Shown piece by piece: positions 27,845 through 37,613 of a stretch of 64,000 nt of DNA (its first letter is position 1; each line of letters opens with the position of its first letter). Source of the DNA: a virus; IMG/VR virus record IMGVR_UViG_3300024346_000015, positions 53,615-117,614 of that record. One strand, written 5' to 3'. A program made the position numbers and the translations under genes. The notes beneath the pieces are model-generated. The model had not been told where the DNA came from. It did not search any database and saw only the letters and a program-made list of their open reading frames with translations.

Positions 27845-28840
27845 TTAAATCATGTTTTCTGTACCATGTCTGGTAACTTTTTTGTGGACAACCATAGGTT
27901 CTGGTGGCGTGAGTTCTATCCAATTCATCTTACGAGAGTAGTCACTTATGTACTTGGTCACTAGTGCGAACTCTTGTTGTAGAGCCCACTGCAACATCCA
28001 CCGTTTCTCTCTGATACCATTGAAGTGTGGAAACTTGATTTCATAACAATCAGACGGGGGTGGATTCACCCAAGGTTCAACATATAACGGATTGTCCATC
28101 CAGAGTGGACTTATCGTCTCATAGTTAAACCCCAGATTAGTTACGTTCACACTGACATATGCGTCATCATAGTATAGACAGTTTACTCTTTGTTGCGGGT
28201 CAGTGTTACAGACACCATCTTCATATAACCAGTCCTTCCAATCACTGAACTCTTCTCTGGCACGTATTCTACCCTCTCTACTGAATACCATCATACCACC
28301 TTGCATATGCATGTATTTCGAGGTAGTGTAGGCACCACGTATGCCCGCAACTGAACCGATCATCTTAAAACCAGATCGTTCTATCTTGTCTCTATAGATG
28401 TTACTTACTCGTTCATCCGCATCCCATGGCGCACATTGATAGTGTCGCATTCTATAGTCAGCTTCATTGACACCATAGACATCCGCATCAGATGCCTCGA
28501 ATATGTTCTCTTTGGTGTTTGCAACTACGTCTAGATCAAAGACCGCAATCTTATCATACTTGTCGTACTCAGGGTCGTAGATTATCTCTAACCACTCAAA
28601 GTAGACAGACGCAGAATGACGATGTCCGCCTATGGTCATAGACTCCGGACTATTGTCAAACTCATATTCTGCACCAATGGACTTGGCGTAATTACGGAAG
28701 GATTCTGTCGATACGAGAATCATATCGTGGTAGAGGTCGTTCACCGATTCGACATCAGGGCCATACTCAGATGAACTTGCTTCGGGTTGGACTTTAGAGG
28801 TTCGGGACTTATCCACAAACCTCTGATAGACAAGGTTCAT
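27845..28840 (-). CDS. GT8-like glycosyltransferase, paralog A
   Basis: VFDLDV DxD; similar to the adjacent paralog. Confidence 0.7.
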   Translation of the reverse strand: MNLVYQRFVDKSRTSKVQPEASSSEYGPDVESVNDLYHDMILVSTESFRNYAKSIGAEYEFDNSPESMTIGGHRHSASVYFEWLEIIYDPEYDKYDKIAVFDLDVVANTKENIFEASDADVYGVNEADYRMRHYQCAPWDADERVSNIYRDKIERSGFKMIGSVAGIRGAYTTSKYMHMQGGMMVFSREGRIRAREEFSDWKDWLYEDGVCNTDPQQRVNCLYYDDAYVSVNVTNLGFNYETISPLWMDNPLYVEPWVNPPPSDCYEIKFPHFNGIREKRWMLQWALQQEFALVTKYISDYSRKMNWIELTPPEPMVVHKKVTRHGTENMI

Positions 28841-29724
28841 TACCAGTCCTTTTGAAATATCGGGAACTTATCCTTATGGTATAAATCAATCATAATGAGT
28901 TTCTGATCACCTCCGGTGTAGTGTAAGAAGTTACACTTACCTTGGTCAATCCACTTCTGAGGATCATTATAATGTGTGGGGGTGTCATTCCATTTCTGAT
29001 CGACAGACTCAACATCAAAGTCGTGTTTCATCAACTGACCAGAAATAAACGGTTGGTCATTTAATATAGACATGTGATGTTCTTTGTTATTAGGATCTAG
29101 TCGTTTGGGTTCCATCCAATGAACCCAGTTGTCGAAGTCTCTACGTGCTTTGAGTCTAGCTTCCTTAGTCCAGACAACAACACCTGTATTAAAGATCGTC
29201 AACTTAGAATCAAATGAATGACCGATACCGAACGATGGTACCATTGGTATATCGTGCATCGCGAACTTTTCTTGATAGTCCATGAGGATGTTGGCGTCAT
29301 AGTCCCAAGAGTTATAACCACCAGTCTTTTCAGTACGAATGTCACTCTCCAGTACACCATATACTTCAGCATCAGATACTTCAAATATATTCTCTTTGGT
29401 GTTACAGACGATGTCGGTATCTAGGAAACAGACTTTGTCAAAGTCATCGAAGAACGGATCGTAGATGATACGTAGACATTCGAATAAACAGGACGTAGAG
29501 TTTTGAGCGTAGTCTTGAGTCAACCATCTTTTGTCAGAGTAGAGGTACTCACAATCTATCTCATCTGCGTACATCTCGAACGATGATCGAGAGATGTCAG
29601 CCATCTCTTTGTAAACATCAGAACGTTTCCGTCCCTCTAGATCACCTCGAGCATCAACTCGGTCGTCTACTACTAGATACTGAAAAATGATGTTCTTCAT
29701 GTTGTGTCCTATTATATGATTCAA
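28840..29724 (-). CDS. GT8-like glycosyltransferase, paralog B
   Basis: FLDTDI; FNTGVVV; NDQPF; FLHYTG. Confidence 0.8.
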   Translation of the reverse strand: MNHIIGHNMKNIIFQYLVVDDRVDARGDLEGRKRSDVYKEMADISRSSFEMYADEIDCEYLYSDKRWLTQDYAQNSTSCLFECLRIIYDPFFDDFDKVCFLDTDIVCNTKENIFEVSDAEVYGVLESDIRTEKTGGYNSWDYDANILMDYQEKFAMHDIPMVPSFGIGHSFDSKLTIFNTGVVVWTKEARLKARRDFDNWVHWMEPKRLDPNNKEHHMSILNDQPFISGQLMKHDFDVESVDQKWNDTPTHYNDPQKWIDQGKCNFLHYTGGDQKLIMIDLYHKDKFPIFQKDW

Positions 29725-29824
29725 CCGATCTCATTTTGGTTGATGCACCTTCCTGAGATCTTTGCTTATGCTTGTTGCGTTTCTTATTTTGGGGATCGTG
29801 GCGTGTATACTTTGCCATGACTAA

Positions 29825-30292
29825 TTAGTCCTTTTGAATGCCTATTTTATACACTGTCTTGCCGTCTTCTTTAACAGCAGTCAGTACCGATTTACGGTTG
29901 GCATCAGGATCTAAGTAAGACACGTGAACCCAACCGCTGTCGGGAATACCTACAGTATAGAACTCTAAAATCAACTGATCAAAACTGAGGTTATCCCGAA
30001 TCCATTCCGCAACTTCTGCATTAGGTACGCCCGGACATTCGATATCGACTGCCTCGCCCTTACAGTGTTGACTCTTGGATGAACCACCTACCGCCTTGTT
30101 TAACTCTTCTCCCCGATAACCAGAATTGATTACCGTTGGCCCGAAGTGATCTCGAACTGGTTGAACAACATACTCGAACAACATCTCTGCGTTCTCTAAG
30201 TGAATGTCAGACGGGGTATTATCTAACCCCAGTCTAGTTGCGGTCTGTGATTTGGTGAACTCTTGTAGAGTAAAATTCTTTGATAGTCTCAT
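29825..30292 (-). CDS. Endolysin, peptidase M15 family
   Basis: SGYR; SQH..GEAVD; WVHVS zinc ligands. Confidence 0.9.
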   Translation of the reverse strand: MRLSKNFTLQEFTKSQTATRLGLDNTPSDIHLENAEMLFEYVVQPVRDHFGPTVINSGYRGEELNKAVGGSSKSQHCKGEAVDIECPGVPNAEVAEWIRDNLSFDQLILEFYTVGIPDSGWVHVSYLDPDANRKSVLTAVKEDGKTVYKIGIQKD

Positions 30293-30984
30293 TAGTTGAT
30301 CTCTAACATTTCTTTTGTCATTATATAGTCACGCACGAAGTCAGATCTGACAATGTCTGCCCATGTAAACGTAACCACGCTAAACTTAGTCATATGTTCA
30401 ATGATCTTCAGGAACTTACCGAACCCAGTTTTATCAGACTCCTTAGTGAAGTCGGACTGGAGATAGTCTCCGCAGAATATGATTCTACAGTTCTGTCCAA
30501 TCCTAGTGATAACCGAATCAAGTTCGTGGAATGTGAGGTTCTGCATCTCATCCACAATGATTACTGCATCATTAAACGTTGTCCCTCTTATATAGGACGT
30601 AGATAAAAACTCTACAACATCTTGTTCTACAAGTTTGTCGTATGCTTTAGTGTCTTGGAATAACTCAGTACAGATCGATTTGTATGGCCCCGCATAGGGT
30701 TCCATCTTCTCTTCCATACTGCCAGGCAAGAAACCTATCTCCCGTGTAGGTACAATCGATCGAGTCAGTATGACCTTCTCTAATTGATTGCCCTTATCGA
30801 GAACTTGTTCTAACGCCAGATAGATAGCGGAGAACGTCTTACCTGTACCGGCAGATCCGGTCAGTACCAGATGGTTGTTATCTGCCCATGCCCGATAAAC
30901 CTTTTCTTGATTTTCGGTCATAGGTTCAAACGTATGAAGATCGTCAATACGTAACTTCATAGGAATCGTTTTTTCTTTTCTCAT
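30292..30984 (-). CDS. phoH: PhoH family protein
   Basis: GSAGTGKT; RSIVP..GFLPG; RGTTF; DEMQN; CGD..Q.D; DIVRS. Confidence 0.95.
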   Translation of the reverse strand: MRKEKTIPMKLRIDDLHTFEPMTENQEKVYRAWADNNHLVLTGSAGTGKTFSAIYLALEQVLDKGNQLEKVILTRSIVPTREIGFLPGSMEEKMEPYAGPYKSICTELFQDTKAYDKLVEQDVVEFLSTSYIRGTTFNDAVIIVDEMQNLTFHELDSVITRIGQNCRIIFCGDYLQSDFTKESDKTGFGKFLKIIEHMTKFSVVTFTWADIVRSDFVRDYIMTKEMLEIN

Positions 30985-31229
30985 GTATTAATCTTATTCT
31001 CTTTACCGGAACCTTTCTTGATTCGGGATAGATGATCATTCCATTCCGTACCCGCCATAGACATGGTGGATTTGGTTCCGGATATGAGTGAAGGGGCGCT
31101 TGTTATGACTTTAACAAGGTTCGGGTTTGTTGCATGGTATTCATCTAGTTCGCTGATCTTCATCAGTTTATCGAACTCTTCGCCTGTGACGGTGTCTCTA
31201 AATGTATATATGGGCATAATCTCTTCCAT
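30981..31229 (-). CDS. FmdB-like small protein
   Basis: MPIYTF....TGE.F pattern. Confidence 0.65.
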   Translation of the reverse strand: MEEIMPIYTFRDTVTGEEFDKLMKISELDEYHATNPNLVKVITSAPSLISGTKSTMSMAGTEWNDHLSRIKKGSGKENKINT

Positions 31230-31248
31230 TGTTAATCGTTAACGAAGA

Positions 31249-31265
31249 CGGGGACTTAGTCCCCG
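31249..31265 (-). terminator. GC-rich hairpin, possible terminator or attenuator
   Basis: CGGGGAC-TAA-GTCCCCG; weak U-tract. Confidence 0.45.
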
Positions 31266-31483
31266 CCTACGAGATACTTTATCACCTTCCTTATCGAGCT
31301 GAGGACATGTAATCCTCGATTGTTTGATTTAAGAAATTTTCTTTCACCATTAGCCGGTGGGCCTTTGAATCATTACCTTTCTTCTTATGGCGTCTGATCT
31401 GGTGAGAGAGTTCTCTCTGGTCTTTCCTCAATCGTTCTATTTGGTTTCTCGACATAATACTCCTTATGTTATTATTATAGGAA

Positions 31484-31918
31484 CTACGTTGTGATTAATT
31501 TAGGGAATGCCTCCTGTACAAGCTTCTTGGTTAGATATTTGACTGGTGACTTCTTAGACACCATTGATAGAACCACTTCCGCATCCTGTGGATGAATTGC
31601 TTCCAATAGACGGATAAACATATTCTCTCTTTTATATGCGGGCAGGCCACTACTCTTCGCACCTTTAACAAAGTAACCGAATTGACGGTGTTCTCGTAAA
31701 AGTGTCGAAGGAATAGATTCTGGTTTATTGGCGACAAACGGTGGTTTGCCGACAGGTAAGACCCACTCCAAGGATTCATCAAATGTGCCTCGGAGTACAT
31801 CTTGGAATGCGGGTACGTCTGCGTACTTCTCAAGTACCGCTTTTCGTTTTGGTCGAGTAGTTTCTTTACTAAACTCTTCTAGTATTTCAAATATTTCTTT
31901 GTGTATCACGTGTGCCAT
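31484..31918 (-). CDS. Conserved T4-like hypothetical protein
   Basis: FD....W.LP.G.PPF; RE.MFI.LLE..HP.DAE. Confidence 0.75.
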   Translation of the reverse strand: MAHVIHKEIFEILEEFSKETTRPKRKAVLEKYADVPAFQDVLRGTFDESLEWVLPVGKPPFVANKPESIPSTLLREHRQFGYFVKGAKSSGLPAYKRENMFIRLLEAIHPQDAEVVLSMVSKKSPVKYLTKKLVQEAFPKLITT

Positions 31919-31949
31919 AAAAAACTCATATATGATTGATTAAAAATTA

Positions 31950-32492
31950 TTAAGTGTTTGGATTCCACCAAGGGTTCGGATCTTCTCCGTGTGTTGCAGA
32001 ATCCCATGCCCACTCACCGTTGTCCAGTCGCTCTCGTATGTCCGAATCTAAATTGTCATAAACGTATGTCGGTTCGGTATTCAAAGTTCGAATCCCTTCG
32101 TAAGCATCTAGACTAATATCTATAAGAATCTCATTTACCAGTTCTCTCTGGTCTTCTCGACACCTATAAACAAATTCCGCATCATGATCGGTTAGGAAGT
32201 CAGCGTTGTTAGTGGTATGTCTGCTGATAGAGAAACGGATGTCTCCACCAAGGTGATGATCTGAAGTAGTGACGCACATGTAATCACATGCTTCGTAACC
32301 CAACTGTGAGTATCGGCCACCGTATTCTTCTGGTAGAGCCCAAGTCAGGGCAGTCAAACCGTTAGAATAGTTTCGTCTGTAGGACGGTTCCACGCCATCA
32401 CCCAATATAGTTTTGAGTTCTCCGTGGGTATTGGTTATCCAGCCAGCTTTGACTAGATCCGTATGATCTTGGTCACTGTTAATAATGGGCAT
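31950..32492 (-). CDS. Late-promoter hypothetical protein
   Basis: 180-aa ORF with TATAAATA at 32517-32524 and 32597-32604. Confidence 0.65.
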   Translation of the reverse strand: MPIINSDQDHTDLVKAGWITNTHGELKTILGDGVEPSYRRNYSNGLTALTWALPEEYGGRYSQLGYEACDYMCVTTSDHHLGGDIRFSISRHTTNNADFLTDHDAEFVYRCREDQRELVNEILIDISLDAYEGIRTLNTEPTYVYDNLDSDIRERLDNGEWAWDSATHGEDPNPWWNPNT

Positions 32493-32599
32493 ATTTTACT
32501 CGTTATCTTTTACTTTTATTTATAAAATAGGCGACTTTTAAGTTGCATAACAATATATAGTAATCTTCGAACTTTAAAGTCGCCTTCCTCTAAAAGTAT

Positions 32600-33037
32600 T
32601 TATACAGATTCGATGTCCACGGGGCCAATAACATACGTTCTATAGTCAATATCACTCCAACCTTCCTCACGGAAAAACTCGTCAGAGAAGGCACAGTCTT
32701 CGATGGCCTCAAGGATCCGATCCTCTTCGTCTGCATCGACTCCTTCAAACTCGTATTCCAGACTACACCCGTCATAACAATCTTCGAACTCAACATCTTC
32801 GAAAGAATCGAACTCAAAGATCTCATCATCATCAGCGTAGGTTGCACCCTCCAGATCTTCGACTTCATCCTCGTTCTGTGGACGAATGATATATGTACCG
32901 TTCCGGAACACTTCAGATATCTGAACGGAGACATAATCTCCGTTATCGAAAGATCCCTTGGCCCAGATACACTCCTCGACAAATGATTTTTTATTTGAGG
33001 CGATTACGCGGTACGCACCCCCGACTACAATACTCAT
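32600..33037 (-). CDS. Acidic hypothetical protein
   Basis: ORF track; operon context. Confidence 0.65.
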   Translation of the reverse strand: MSIVVGGAYRVIASNKKSFVEECIWAKGSFDNGDYVSVQISEVFRNGTYIIRPQNEDEVEDLEGATYADDDEIFEFDSFEDVEFEDCYDGCSLEYEFEGVDADEEDRILEAIEDCAFSDEFFREEGWSDIDYRTYVIGPVDIESV

Positions 33038-33306
33038 AACTTCTGTACCCTCTCATCATATTCACTAAACGCTGTTTCGTAAGGAACAAACACTTCCTCA
33101 CCTATTTCATATTGACCGTGTGATGACTCTTCACACTTCACAATGTAACAAGAGAACGGAATCGAAATATCTCCGCGCATCTCACCGAACTCGTGACGCT
33201 TGATAACCGTACCAACTACGAAACGGTCTGGTCGATCATCCATTGGACGGAAGTCGAGTGCTTTTAAACGATCGCCCAACTGAGCAGTGTTTTCAAATTT
33301 CATCAT
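33034..33306 (-). CDS. Hypothetical protein
   Basis: ORF track; ATGA overlap. Confidence 0.6.
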   Translation of the reverse strand: MMKFENTAQLGDRLKALDFRPMDDRPDRFVVGTVIKRHEFGEMRGDISIPFSCYIVKCEESSHGQYEIGEEVFVPYETAFSEYDERVQKL

Positions 33307-33309
33307 AAT

Positions 33310-33822
33310 TTATGCCGCCTTTTTCATGTCTAGTTTAAGTTCATCACGGATCGCCTTGACTTCAGCAATTCGAGCAGAAAGATCTTTGGTCTCACTAGTG
33401 CAAACGTAAGGTTTGTCGTAAGAACCAACGTTGATGTCCGTGTAATGCGAACGGTGAAAGTAATCAGTCATTGAGTCATCTTCGTTGAAGAACTCAGGCC
33501 CTTCCATCGCAGATTTCAGTTCAGTCAGGAACGCAGAGATCTCAGGGTAGTTCTTGTAAGTATCTTCGATCCAATACTCATTGACGCGAACGTACTCTTC
33601 TAACTGGATGTATTGGTCAGGGTGGTGATACAACTCACGTTCAATGTGATCGAGTCGAGTCTCTTGGTAAGCGCTGATAATGTCTAGATCACCAGACTTG
33701 ATATTCACAACAAGGGTAGAGTGGTGACGAACAGCGATAGACGCTTTCATGTTGTACTTTTTAAGTACTGCTTTGATCGCGGGGGTTAACATCTTTTTAT
33801 CTTCTTGACTTACAAACGCCAT
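33310..33822 (-). CDS. Conserved early hypothetical protein
   Basis: IK.VLKKY.MK.SIAV.HHSTLVV.I; DSMTDYF motif. Confidence 0.75.
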   Translation of the reverse strand: MAFVSQEDKKMLTPAIKAVLKKYNMKASIAVRHHSTLVVNIKSGDLDIISAYQETRLDHIERELYHHPDQYIQLEEYVRVNEYWIEDTYKNYPEISAFLTELKSAMEGPEFFNEDDSMTDYFHRSHYTDINVGSYDKPYVCTSETKDLSARIAEVKAIRDELKLDMKKAA

Positions 33823-33855
33823 AATTTCTTCTCTCTCTCAATCAATTAGGTAACT

Positions 33856-33884
33856 ATTATCTCATGCTGGGCAACTATTGTCAA
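33856..33884 (-). promoter_or_regulatory. Early promoter TTGACA-N17-GATAAT
   Basis: Near-consensus. Confidence 0.8.
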
Positions 33885-33897
33885 GCGTTTTCTTCAA

Positions 33898-34191
33898 TTA
33901 ATTATAAGTTTTTTGCGAGAATCTTGGGTACAACCGGAACGGTGCCTGTACATCAAGAGTCTCAGAATAGATGATCGGTTCGGGAAGACACTTCTCATCT
34001 AACGCATCAAAGAACAACGCCATGTCGCAGTCTTCCTCTAACCAGATATAATCTTTGTTGAAGAACGAATACTCAGAGATCTTGTTGATAAAGTTTAGGT
34101 TCTCAGCCAGACGGACTGGAACTTTCAGGTAACTATGTGACGGATCAGAAACATATGTCACGGCATTTTGGGGATTAGTTGCAAAACTCAT
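33898..34191 (-). CDS. Hypothetical protein
   Basis: SDPSH.YL.VP; LEEDCD motif. Confidence 0.7.
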   Translation of the reverse strand: MSFATNPQNAVTYVSDPSHSYLKVPVRLAENLNFINKISEYSFFNKDYIWLEEDCDMALFFDALDEKCLPEPIIYSETLDVQAPFRLYPRFSQKTYN

Positions 34192-34463
34192 TTTGATGCC
34201 TCACTCATTAATTTCATTATGTGGTAGTCTTTCTCAAGGATATCACGAACACGTTCACGGTCAATCGAGTCACCGTCACCCCACTCAAAGTGGTTCTTAG
34301 GACTAACGACTAGTTTGAGGTATTCTTGGATAGCTGACTCTACTTTGTCAACAGAGTTACTCTCAATAGGGTAGAGACCGTCATACGCATAGAACGACAA
34401 GACATAGTTACGGAAGTTAACTAACGAAGGGTTTGAACGCAGTGCAATTACATTAGAAGTCAT
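34188..34463 (-). CDS. Hypothetical early protein
   Basis: FY..DGLYP; F..GDS.DRE.VRDI. Confidence 0.65.
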   Translation of the reverse strand: MTSNVIALRSNPSLVNFRNYVLSFYAYDGLYPIESNSVDKVESAIQEYLKLVVSPKNHFEWGDGDSIDRERVRDILEKDYHIMKLMSEASK

Positions 34464-34466
34464 ATT

Positions 34467-34526
34467 TTCTCTCTCAGTTCTCATAATCAATACAAGTATT
34501 ATACGGTACTGGCCAGAGAAAGGCAA
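34467..34526 (-). repeat. Early promoter/leader cassette; 37 bp identical to 55248-55284
   Basis: TTCTCTCTCAGTTCTCATAATCAATACAAGTATTATA present at both sites; promoter TTGCCT-N17-TATAAT. Confidence 0.9.
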
Positions 34527-34663
34527 GCGTTTTCTTTAAATAGTTACAATCTTTTTACATTCATTGAGTCTACGGATACTAGACATAACACCGTAGTAAT
34601 CGTCTTGATTGTCAACAGAGAATGCCAACCAGAGAATCAAGACGATACGAGCGACTAATAGTC

Positions 34664-35203
34664 TCAAACGAACCAACTAGGAACTTCGCGGTTCGTCCAT
34701 TTGGCCATGTACTTCTTCTCTTGGATGTAGTACTTACGGTAAGCTTGAACGGGATCGTTCATCTTACACGAATCTGGCATCGCCTGTGCGAACGTATCCA
34801 TAGTTGCTACTTGGTCGATGTTACGAGGAGCGAACCACAACTGTCCTTTCAGTTTCTCTTCGGTCATGTGAACCTTACCGTAACGTCTGGTGTACTCTGT
34901 ACACAATGCACGGAAGTGCTTGTACAACCAACGGTAGTTCTGGTCGTTCTTACGTGTCCATATGTTGGACGGATGGTTTACGTGGGACGCCTTGTACAAG
35001 AGTCGTTCTTGTGCATCAGGCGCCAACCTCCATCGTTTGATCTTACTACCATTCTTGGTCTTGTCCAGATACAACTCACCGTCTAGTACACGGTGTGCAG
35101 TAGACATCAGCTGAGCGTACTCGACTATCATTTTTACGACATGTTTATCACACATCATTTGTGCAGCTTTCACGGGGTCATTATCTAAGTGGAAAATGTT
35201 CAT
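34664..35203 (-). CDS. Pyrimidine-dimer DNA glycosylase/endonuclease V family protein
   Basis: MNIF.LD.DP..AA...CDKHVVKMI.E.AQL.STAH; H.NHPS..W; Y..RYGK.H. Confidence 0.75.
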   Translation of the reverse strand: MNIFHLDNDPVKAAQMMCDKHVVKMIVEYAQLMSTAHRVLDGELYLDKTKNGSKIKRWRLAPDAQERLLYKASHVNHPSNIWTRKNDQNYRWLYKHFRALCTEYTRRYGKVHMTEEKLKGQLWFAPRNIDQVATMDTFAQAMPDSCKMNDPVQAYRKYYIQEKKYMAKWTNREVPSWFV

Positions 35204-35415
35204 GCAAAGTATATCCAATCTCGAAAGGTGTTGATAACACGGAGTTTGTTTGGTTGGTAAGTGAAGGCGTTCAACGCGACAGTAAAGATATCATGACCTT
35301 CTGGACATGTCGCCTGATACGAATACTTAGTGAAACCTTCGTCATCCGGAATTTCTTCACAGGTTAAAACGTAACTCTGGTAAACGTCAATAACATCTGA
35401 GTAATGTATCATCAA
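35200..35415 (-). CDS. Hypothetical protein
   Basis: ORF track. Confidence 0.5.
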   Translation of the reverse strand: MMIHYSDVIDVYQSYVLTCEEIPDDEGFTKYSYQATCPEGHDIFTVALNAFTYQPNKLRVINTFRDWIYFA

Positions 35416-35574
35416 TAGTCTCCCTGTCTGATAGCGTACATCACCTCGAACTTTTGGGATGAGTTCGCACCGATCGAAGTCAACGCTTCGCTGAGTGCAG
35501 TCCAGTCCGGATGGCGTGGCATCTCGATGTACTGTTCTGCGAGGTTCGCAACCAACTGCTGGGTGATAACGAAA

Positions 35575-35760
35575 TTATCTGTATTCATCTAACTCTCCTC
35601 TATTGGCAAGATCGTAAAGACCCCAACCGACTAGTGACATACCTAAGACACACTTCAACAGTAATGGCCCGATTGGTTGTGGTTCCATCGCCGCGATCAT
35701 CATATCATCGTAACCAACAGCACCCATAACAATAAAAAACCCGATAGCAATTCTAATCAT
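35575..35760 (-). CDS. Small two-TM protein
   Basis: Two hydrophobic segments. Confidence 0.55.
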   Translation of the reverse strand: MIRIAIGFFIVMGAVGYDDMMIAAMEPQPIGPLLLKCVLGMSLVGWGLYDLANRGELDEYR

Positions 35761-35914
35761 CTCTATACCTCAAACTCGACTACTTGAAATTTGTGAAACT
35801 TGTTTTGTGTTGCGTAAGATTCTGCACTTTCTTTGTCAGCGAAACATGGCATGTTGTGTAACAATTGACTCTCGTCTTCTCTTATCTCAACCACGTAATA
35901 GACTTTATCTCGAC

Positions 35915-36106
35915 TCACGTTTTACTCTCCAAATAATCTCTTGTTGATATCAACTCTTCTAACACTTCGGGATGTTGACTGGCCAAACTTACCAGTAGTG
36001 AATAGTAGTAACCCGAACGGAAAGCAAAGGAAGGGTTCGTGGCTTCAAGGGCGGACTCAACGTCATCCATAATATCGCGAACATTCATATCAAAATCTCT
36101 CATCAA
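35915..36106 (-). CDS. Hypothetical early protein
   Basis: Downstream of promoter TTGCCA-N17-TATAAT (36117-36145). Confidence 0.55.
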   Translation of the reverse strand: MMRDFDMNVRDIMDDVESALEATNPSFAFRSGYYYSLLVSLASQHPEVLEELISTRDYLESKT

Positions 36107-36148
36107 TTAAGTACCTATTATAGGTCATGGGGCATGAAATGGCAAGTA

Positions 36149-36991
36149 TTATTTATACAATTTAGTGAATATTTTGTCAATCTCTTGGGCGGTGGCGGTC
36201 TTGTCTACCACGATCATCTCGTAGTAATCATCGTTATACCAGTTGGTATCGTTACCGAACTTATCGATCTTGGGATTGTAGTAGTACTTTGCGACTTCAT
36301 CGGTGGTGTTCATACGGTGAATAAGGTTAAACATTATACGTATTCCTCAGCAATTTCATCAAATAGATTGTAGTACATATTAACGGTTTCGTTGACAGGG
36401 TTGAGACGCACAAAGACATCTGCGTCAACGAAGTTCCAGTTGATATCTCCACAAGGAAAACGGTTCTCTGGAGAGGCGACAGCCTCTGCGACATAAGATT
36501 GAATGACTCGTTTAAGATCTTGCATTACTTTACCTCCACCCAATCGATCCAAGTGTTAGACATAAACTCTCTGGTCTCATCTTTGTTCATGCGCCACTGA
36601 AGCGCATCAGTCATAGAATGGAACACAGGAGAAGGAACTTGAGCATCGTTGATCATATTGCGGATAATGTATACATATTCTTTAGTCATTTCTTTCTCTC
36701 TTTTCTCAGTTTGTATACACATTATAGTGCTGCCAGCAGAAAAAGTCAAGCGTTTTCTTGAATAAATTTCCAGTTAATCCACTGAATGTTTGAAAATTTT
36801 AGCGATCGGAAGATACTATAATTTTCAGGATGGTCTAGTTCTGCACGGTAATTAAGTGCATCATCAATACATTCAAACTTCTTGTGGGTAATTATCTTAT
36901 TGTTTTCTAGGGAACGAATCGAATAAATATACATAACTTTTTCTCTCTTATTTTGAATACACATTATAGTGCAGCCAGCAGAGAAAGTCAA
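36149..36991 (-). CDS. Run of four small hypothetical ORFs (36149-36334, 36334-36552, 36525-36689, 36746-36934)
   Basis: ORF track; two near-duplicate promoters TTGACT-N17-TATAAT at 36721-36749 and 36963-36991. Confidence 0.55.
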
Positions 36992-36999
36992 GCGTTTTT

Positions 37000-37470
37000 T
37001 TACGGTCGATTATGCCACGGTTCTTGGCGGTGACCCAGTTTTTTGGTGGTTATCTGTAGGTCTTTAGGTAGGTGTTTCCCGTGGATCTTGCATCCAATGA
37101 AGGCGTTGTAGTAGTCATCACGGAGTAGAACATCGTGGTCGAATTGATACTTGGTTTCAAAGTAAGAACACTCACCCTTGGTACGACACAGTTTGAGTAT
37201 CTCACGTTTGAATGAAGCTTCACCTCGTTCGATCAGTAGTTTGACTTCTGCCGATGATCCGTAATACTTCATCCAGTCAGATTGGACTCTGGTCTTCTTA
37301 CGTCTCTTTCTTGCTTTTGTAACAGGTAGGGTCTTAGGTTTCCAAAAGAACTTCTTACCGATATACTTCATACCAGTAGTTTCTTCGGTCAATAGATAAA
37401 CGAACCCTTGATAGTCTTCTAAGAAGGGTTCGTCTGGTGTAAATTCTTCGTTCTGATAATACCAAGTCAT
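37000..37470 (-). CDS. GIY-YIG-like nuclease-fold protein
   Basis: GFVYL....TG.KYIGKK; YYGSS; F.REIL..C; YYN. Confidence 0.75.
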   Translation of the reverse strand: MTWYYQNEEFTPDEPFLEDYQGFVYLLTEETTGMKYIGKKFFWKPKTLPVTKARKRRKKTRVQSDWMKYYGSSAEVKLLIERGEASFKREILKLCRTKGECSYFETKYQFDHDVLLRDDYYNAFIGCKIHGKHLPKDLQITTKKLGHRQEPWHNRP

Positions 37471-37481
37471 ACAGGTATATA

Positions 37482-37613
37482 TCAGTCTTCTATCTGGTCA
37501 GCCTCAACCTCTGTGCCGCACATTGGACAAAACATAGGTATCTCATCCGATTCTGTGGTTTCGTGTACGACTGTAATACAATCGCACACACCACATACCA
37601 ATTCGTAAGACAT
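37482..37613 (-). CDS. 43-aa zinc-ribbon protein
   Basis: Hand translation with CGVC ... CPMCG. Confidence 0.6.
   Translation of the reverse strand: MSYELVCGVCDCITVVHETTESDEIPMFCPMCGTEVEADQIED

Noticed and set aside
32545-32585. GTTCGA in the hairpin region suggesting a tRNA T-loop
   Set aside because: No cloverleaf, D-arm or CCA end; kept only as a generic structured element.
34622-35086. 154-aa plus-strand ORF
   Set aside because: Antisense to the well-supported endonuclease V-family gene.
37000-37470. GIY-YIG gene next to nrdB as a mobile homing endonuclease or intron
   Set aside because: Short, lacks DNA-binding repeats, and nrdA/nrdB are uninterrupted.
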